This document shows, one piece after another, positions 59,432 to 64,000 of a stretch of DNA of 64,000 nt (position 1 is its first letter; every line of letters starts with the position of its first letter). The position numbers and the translations under genes are program-made. Below the pieces are notes generated by a model that had not been told where the DNA came from, searched no databases, and saw only the letters and a program-made list of their open reading frames with translations. The DNA lies in NCBI GenBank assembly GCA_965223705.1, contig OZ245015.1, positions 3,872,001 through 3,936,000 of the forward strand. The letters are read 5' to 3'. Source of the stretch: Myxococcota bacterium (GTDB lineage Bacteria; Myxococcota_A; UBA9160; UBA6930).

Positions 59432-62400
59432 GTTGCGTCCGCGCTCCGGATCGCCGCTTCCCCAGCCAGTACCAGGCCAGACACAGCTGCGCCGGGAAGC
59501 TCAGCGCGATGGCCCATGCGAGACGGCGCGGCGGGGTGGGTAGGCCGGCGAGCGCCGTCGGAGCACAACCGCCCCCTCCCGGTGCTACCGGCAACGCGGG
59601 TGGGGCCAGACCGAGCGTGAGCTCTTTGCGCTGGTTACCGGCGAAGGGCGCCGGTGTGCGCAGGCCAGCCGGAGCGGGAAACCGTGTCACGATGGCCTGG
59701 CGAACCCGTTGCCCTGCGACGAAACCGAGTGGGGTCCCCGCGGCGATCGCGACGACCGGCGCGCTCGCACCCGAAAGCGGTCCGAGAAGGGCAACGCCGG
59801 TCCCGATGGCCTCGAGCGAGTCGTTGACCAGCGGCGTCACCTCGCTGCCGAGGCCGATGACCGCTCCGCTCGAGAAGGTCGCGAGACCGACACCCGCCGC
59901 GAGGACCGGGATCGTCGGTGCGGCGACGGCGATCGCGACGCCCGTCACGAAACCCACGCCCGCGACTCCGACGGCTCCGGCAAACGCGGCTTGTGCGCTG
60001 TTGCCGGTCGGATCTTCGAACCAGATGGGGTTGCCCAGGGTATACGTGTATTGGTTGATCGCCTGGTGGACGGGGTCGGGTGCCAAGAACCGCCCGATCT
60101 CGGGATCGTAAGGGCGTCCACCGAGGATCAGGAGCGGCCCCGCCGACGAACCGCGATCGAAACCGGGTCGGTACCCGCCGTCACCGAGCCTCGCGACCTC
60201 CCCGAACGGGCTGTAGTCCGCGAGAAACACGACGTGGCCGGCCGCGTCGGTTGCGGAGATCACGTGTCCCCGCTCATCGAAGTGGCGATACTCATCCCCA
60301 GAACCGTCGAGCCCTACCCGGATCTCCCCGAGTTCCAATGCCGACGGGCGACCGGCACCGTCGACCTCGAGCCATCCCCCGAAGACGAGTCGGCGCTCTC
60401 GGACGCCGTCCCGCTCTCGTCGGATACGCCCCCAGGCGTCGTACTCGGCTCGGTAGCGATCGCCGAGCTCGAGCAAGCGCCCCGAGGCGTTCCAACGAAG
60501 CGGTTCGACTCCGCGCAAGACCGCGAGGCCCGCCTCGTCATAGGCGTAGTCGACGCCGTGAGAGGATCTCTGCAAGCGGTTGCGTTCCGCGTTGTAGAGG
60601 GGCTCGGGCTGCACGAGCTGCCGGCCATCGGACATCAACCAAGAAACACCCGAGCGATTCCCGAGAGCATCGAATGCGTAGTGCACACCGGCGCGGTCGC
60701 CGCGCGTCGCGTACCAACGCCGGAGGCGCGACGCGACCGGGCGATCGAAGCCGCCGGGAAACGCCAGGAAGTGTTTCGCGATGAAGGACGCCTGCAAACC
60801 TCGATAGGCCGAACGCGTGCGCAGCGTGTAGAGCTGCGCTTCCGTCCCGGTGAGCGGCGTCCGAAAGACCTGATCGATCTGCACGTGCCCGCTGGCATCG
60901 CGCAAGTCCGTCCGCCCCACACTGCCGTCGGCTGCGTACGTGACGGTTTGGGTGAGGCCGTTCCGGTAGCTGCGCGCTCGCAGTCGCCCGTCTTCGAAGC
61001 GGCGCTCGATCAGGGACACGCCCCCGAGCGCAACCGAGACCTCCCGACCGGCACCGTCGTAGCCGTACGAAAGACGAGCGATCTCATCGGCCCCGGAACG
61101 GAGCCGAACCTCGGCCGGTCGGCCCGCTGCGTCTCGTTCGACCCACAAACTGCGGCCGTCGGCATAGTGGAGCTCGCGCAGGCGGCCGAGCGGATCGTAA
61201 GCGTAGGACTCCGACACACCGGATCGGGGATCCGCGCTGCGCACGAGTCGACCGCGGTCGTAGTCGAACGTGAGATGCTGCTCGAGACGCCCGGCGCCCT
61301 CGTGACCGGTTCTCGTGGGATTGCCATCCGCGTCGTACTCCCAGTACGTCGACGTTCCGTTCGGTCGATCTTCGCGCGTGATTCTTCCGGTCGCGTCGTA
61401 GGTAAAGGTCGTCGCGCGTACGCGTCCGTCGGAACGCTCGAGCCGTGCGACGAGCTCCCCGAACTCGTTGTATCGGAATCGGGTCTCGCCCGAGATTCCA
61501 TTCACTGCCGGCGGGGTGATGCTGCGCCGCTTACCGTCCGCTCGGTGCGCGATCTCCAGGTACGACGTGGTGTGGGAACCGTCGAGGTTGAGATTCGCGA
61601 GGGTGAGGCGCCGGACATTGCGGTCGGCGTCAAATTCTCGAGCGACAATGCCGCCCCTCCCCGAAGCGGTGTCTCCCGCGGTCGCGAACCCCGAAGTGAG
61701 GTTTCCCACCGCGTCGTAGGCGCGATACGTGGTGGAATTTCCCGAGCGGATCCGGGTGGGCCGGCCGTGCTCGCCGTACCCGTCGAAGGTTACGTTGTCG
61801 CCCCACGGCGTCGTCGTCCAAGCGAGATTCCCGGCGGCGTCGTAGCCGAATGTGCTCCGTTCTCCCTCCCCGTTCTCGCGAAAAATCATTCGTCCCTGCG
61901 CGTCGAACCCCTGGCGCACCAACACTTGGCCCTCGAGGGTCGCTTCGCGGAGTGCCGATCGATCCGGTCGCTCGCGATTTTCCGCCGCCGCGTCGTACCG
62001 GAACGCAAGCTCGGATCCGTCGGGCCGTCGTATCCCGGCAAGGTCATCGTTCTCGTAAGCGAATCGCGTCTCGAATCCGTGCGGGTCGCGAAAGCTCGCC
62101 GGCCGTAGGCCCGACCAGCTCCATCGGGACGCCGCGCCCGTCGGGGATACGTACGAGCGGATACGCATCGAACGGTCGAACGTGACGCGATGGCTCGCGC
62201 CACCGGGATCGGTCCAGTGCGTCGACAACTCGCCGGACGGTTCCTCGACGACGGAGTAGAACCAGAATCGATAGGTCCCACGACCGTGTGCAATCGCGTC
62301 GACCCGAGCTCCGCTGTAGCGGAACAATGTGTACTCGCCGTCCGGCGTAGCCCACCCGTAGAGTTGGCCATTGGCGTATGCGTAGCGGGCCCCGCCCGTG

Positions 62401-63095
62401 CCCTCCTCGACGTCAAACCCGTCGCGCGACCGCACGAGATCGCCGTTTGCGTCATACGTGAATTGCGCTTCGCGAGCCGCGCGGTCGCGCAGGGTGACGA
62501 CACGACCCGCCGCGTCGCGCGCCAGAGAGAACAACATCTCAGGAGGGCCGTCTACGGGTTCCTGCTCGATCCGCGCGACGGCGCCCGCCGCGTCCCGGAC
62601 GAAGCGGATTCTCGGAAGATCCGAGCCGCTGCGGTGTATGTGCGTGAGTCGCCCGGCGACGTCAAAGACGTAGACGACGCCGCCTTTGGTCCTCACGCGG
62701 CGGCTGTCGACGCGCACCCAGTGACTACCCGGGATCGGCTTTCCGTCACCCACCAGAGCCGTCGGGTAGCGCGCTCCGGTTTCGTCGCGAAACTCCGCAC
62801 CGTCGTATCGGAGGTCGAAACTCCACTGCCAGGCTTGATTCGCTGTGTTGTAGTAACCGCCGACGCCGAAGGGCCCGATCCGTGTCTCGAGATCGAGGTC
62901 CGCGCGGCGGAGCAATAGATTGCCCGAACCCAAATGGAGAAAGCCACCGGGCACCGGTTGGACCAGTAGCGTTTGGTAGTCGGGCAAGCCCGGTTCGGGC
63001 TCGGGAACAACAGCTCCACTCGGGTTCGCCCACAGCGAAGCGAAACAGAGTAAGAGAACCGTGCAGGCCCTGCGAAAACCGTCGATCCACGGCAT
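59421..63095 (-). CDS. RHS/YD-repeat protein with signal peptide and hydrophobic C-terminal tip
   Basis: Many YD/YDxxG repeats; core end YDPEIGRFLAPDP...NQYTY..GNPI...DPTG; N-terminal signal peptide. Confidence 0.92.
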   Translation of the reverse strand: MPWIDGFRRACTVLLLCFASLWANPSGAVVPEPEPGLPDYQTLLVQPVPGGFLHLGSGNLLLRRADLDLETRIGPFGVGGYYNTANQAWQWSFDLRYDGAEFRDETGARYPTALVGDGKPIPGSHWVRVDSRRVRTKGGVVYVFDVAGRLTHIHRSGSDLPRIRFVRDAAGAVARIEQEPVDGPPEMLFSLARDAAGRVVTLRDRAAREAQFTYDANGDLVRSRDGFDVEEGTGGARYAYANGQLYGWATPDGEYTLFRYSGARVDAIAHGRGTYRFWFYSVVEEPSGELSTHWTDPGGASHRVTFDRSMRIRSYVSPTGAASRWSWSGLRPASFRDPHGFETRFAYENDDLAGIRRPDGSELAFRYDAAAENRERPDRSALREATLEGQVLVRQGFDAQGRMIFRENGEGERSTFGYDAAGNLAWTTTPWGDNVTFDGYGEHGRPTRIRSGNSTTYRAYDAVGNLTSGFATAGDTASGRGGIVAREFDADRNVRRLTLANLNLDGSHTTSYLEIAHRADGKRRSITPPAVNGISGETRFRYNEFGELVARLERSDGRVRATTFTYDATGRITREDRPNGTSTYWEYDADGNPTRTGHEGAGRLEQHLTFDYDRGRLVRSADPRSGVSESYAYDPLGRLRELHYADGRSLWVERDAAGRPAEVRLRSGADEIARLSYGYDGAGREVSVALGGVSLIERRFEDGRLRARSYRNGLTQTVTYAADGSVGRTDLRDASGHVQIDQVFRTPLTGTEAQLYTLRTRSAYRGLQASFIAKHFLAFPGGFDRPVASRLRRWYATRGDRAGVHYAFDALGNRSGVSWLMSDGRQLVQPEPLYNAERNRLQRSSHGVDYAYDEAGLAVLRGVEPLRWNASGRLLELGDRYRAEYDAWGRIRRERDGVRERRLVFGGWLEVDGAGRPSALELGEIRVGLDGSGDEYRHFDERGHVISATDAAGHVVFLADYSPFGEVARLGDGGYRPGFDRGSSAGPLLILGGRPYDPEIGRFLAPDPVHQAINQYTYTLGNPIWFEDPTGNSAQAAFAGAVGVAGVGFVTGVAIAVAAPTIPVLAAGVGLATFSSGAVIGLGSEVTPLVNDSLEAIGTGVALLGPLSGASAPVVAIAAGTPLGFVAGQRVRQAIVTRFPAPAGLRTPAPFAGNQRKELTLGLAPPALPVAPGGGGCAPTALAGLPTPPRRLAWAIALSFPAQLCLAWYWLGKRRSGARTQHGA

Positions 63096-63101
63096 GAAGC
63101 G

Positions 63102-63701
63102 TCACCATCGGAACCGGAGAAGAGCGGGTGAGAGGGAAACCGCGCAACCGGCGGCGATCCACACACCGGCTGCGACGAACACGAATGTCGATGCGGGGGC
63201 GTCGCTCTGCATCTGAAGGAGGACACGCAGGCAACCGCCGACGACGAGGTAGGCGGCACCGCCCAGGGCGCGCACCGCGGCGTGTACGGCGAGCCAACCC
63301 GCGCACTCGGCGAGGACCCACCCGTAGGCGCCTCCCGCGGCGGTGCAGCAAGCTCCGGCGATGCAGCCCAGCCGGGCCAAGGCGCTCGGCAACGCGAGAG
63401 TTTCGAGTGACGCGCGGATAAACGGGAGGCGCCGGCCGCGGGGCTGCAACAGCGCAACAGCCCCGAAGCCGACCGGCAATCCGAAAAGCGTCGCCCCGCC
63501 GCCGAGCGACAACCACTCGCGAGAAGGTGGCCAGCCACCCGCCGCGAAGAGCGCGAGGCCGCGCGCGGCCGCGGCACTCACCACCATGCTCGCGAGATAA
63601 GGGACAAGCGAAAGGCGGCCGGCCGATCCGGCGACGCCCGCCCAGAAGGCGGCGCACCAGCAGGCGAACTGAAGTGCGAGGCGTTCGTCCGCGGACAACA
63701 C
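63102..63701 (-). CDS. degenerate prolipoprotein diacylglyceryl transferase (Lgt)-like membrane protein
   Basis: AR, W..GGG..LFG, ALARLGCIAGACC and YL......R segments occur in Lgt motif order; start may be 63719. Confidence 0.55.
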   Translation of the reverse strand: MLSADERLALQFACWCAAFWAGVAGSAGRLSLVPYLASMVVSAAAARGLALFAAGGWPPSREWLSLGGGATLFGLPVGFGAVALLQPRGRRLPFIRASLETLALPSALARLGCIAGACCTAAGGAYGWVLAECAGWLAVHAAVRALGGAAYLVVGGCLRVLLQMQSDAPASTFVFVAAGVWIAAGCAVSLSPALLRFRW

Positions 63702-63714
63702 GAGCCGCGAAGAG

Positions 63715-63731
63715 AGCAAGGGACGTGCCGG
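63715..63731 (-). promoter_or_regulatory. sigma54 (-24/-12) promoter
   Basis: Minus strand CCGGCACGTCCCTTGCT versus consensus YTGGCACGNNNNTTGCW, one mismatch. Confidence 0.6.
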
Positions 63732-63814
63732 CTCAGTTCATTCGCTAGCGGCCGGAACGCGGCCGTGGTGCTATGCGACGGCCACGGTTGGCCGCCGGTC
63801 GGCGACCGCTTTAG

Positions 63815-64000
63815 CTAAAGGCTCTTCGCCTGCTCTTCCGCCCAGTCGCCCACCCAAGGCAACTTGAAGCGCTCGCCTCGGAACGCTTGCACCATGAGAA
63901 TGACCCAGACGACAAACGTCACCATCGGCAGGAAGAACCCGACGAGGGGGCCGATCAGGGGGATCATCCAGGTCCCGACCGATGCCACGAAGAACGCGCC
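63815..64000 (-). CDS. DUF4870-like membrane protein, 3' part only
   Basis: Manual translation ..IPLIGPLVG..VWVILMVQAFRGERFKLPWVGDWAEEQAKSL*. Confidence 0.7.
   Translation of the reverse strand, partial: GAFFVASVGTWMIPLIGPLVGFFLPMVTFVVWVILMVQAFRGERFKLPWVGDWAEEQAKSL

Noticed and set aside
59421..63095. RHS protein as a T6SS effector or Tc toxin C subunit
   Set aside because: No PAAR or VgrG domain and no chaperone or Tc genes nearby; a Sec-type signal peptide is present

Overview
High-GC bacterial chromosomal window of a Gram-negative organism (PagL-like barrel, RND pump). The gene content looks Myxococcota/deltaproteobacterial, which is an inference only. It holds the end of a polysaccharide cluster, housekeeping genes (ndk, uppP, purN, gloA, tkt, leuCD, thrH), RNase P RNA, tRNA-Pro(TGG), an RpoD-family sigma factor, a split imuA-imuB / dinB / dnaE2 mutagenesis set, and lipid/aromatic catabolism enzymes. 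Main finding: a tightly coupled minus-strand operon (63701-57665) behind a sigma54-type promoter. It encodes a degenerate Lgt-like protein, a Sec-exported RHS protein whose tip ends in a GGGGC-TM-KRR sorting-tag-like tail, a small 2-TM protein, a CPBP/CAAX intramembrane protease and a four-His membrane protein. This is a candidate self-contained system for C-terminal lipidation and anchoring of an RHS cargo. Other notable signals: a shared GCGAAAAYAAGRCGAAA box in identical promoter register before imuA and dnaE2 (candidate SOS operator), a ~305-nt multi-helix RNA candidate upstream of the sigma gene, an LhgO-like gene with only an ATT start, a 36-bp tandem repeat at the tupB/tupC junction, a long intergenic rod hairpin, and a 28-aa membrane peptide ORF. 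No CRISPR array, transposase, integrase or prophage was seen. All calls come from motif reading, with no database searches.
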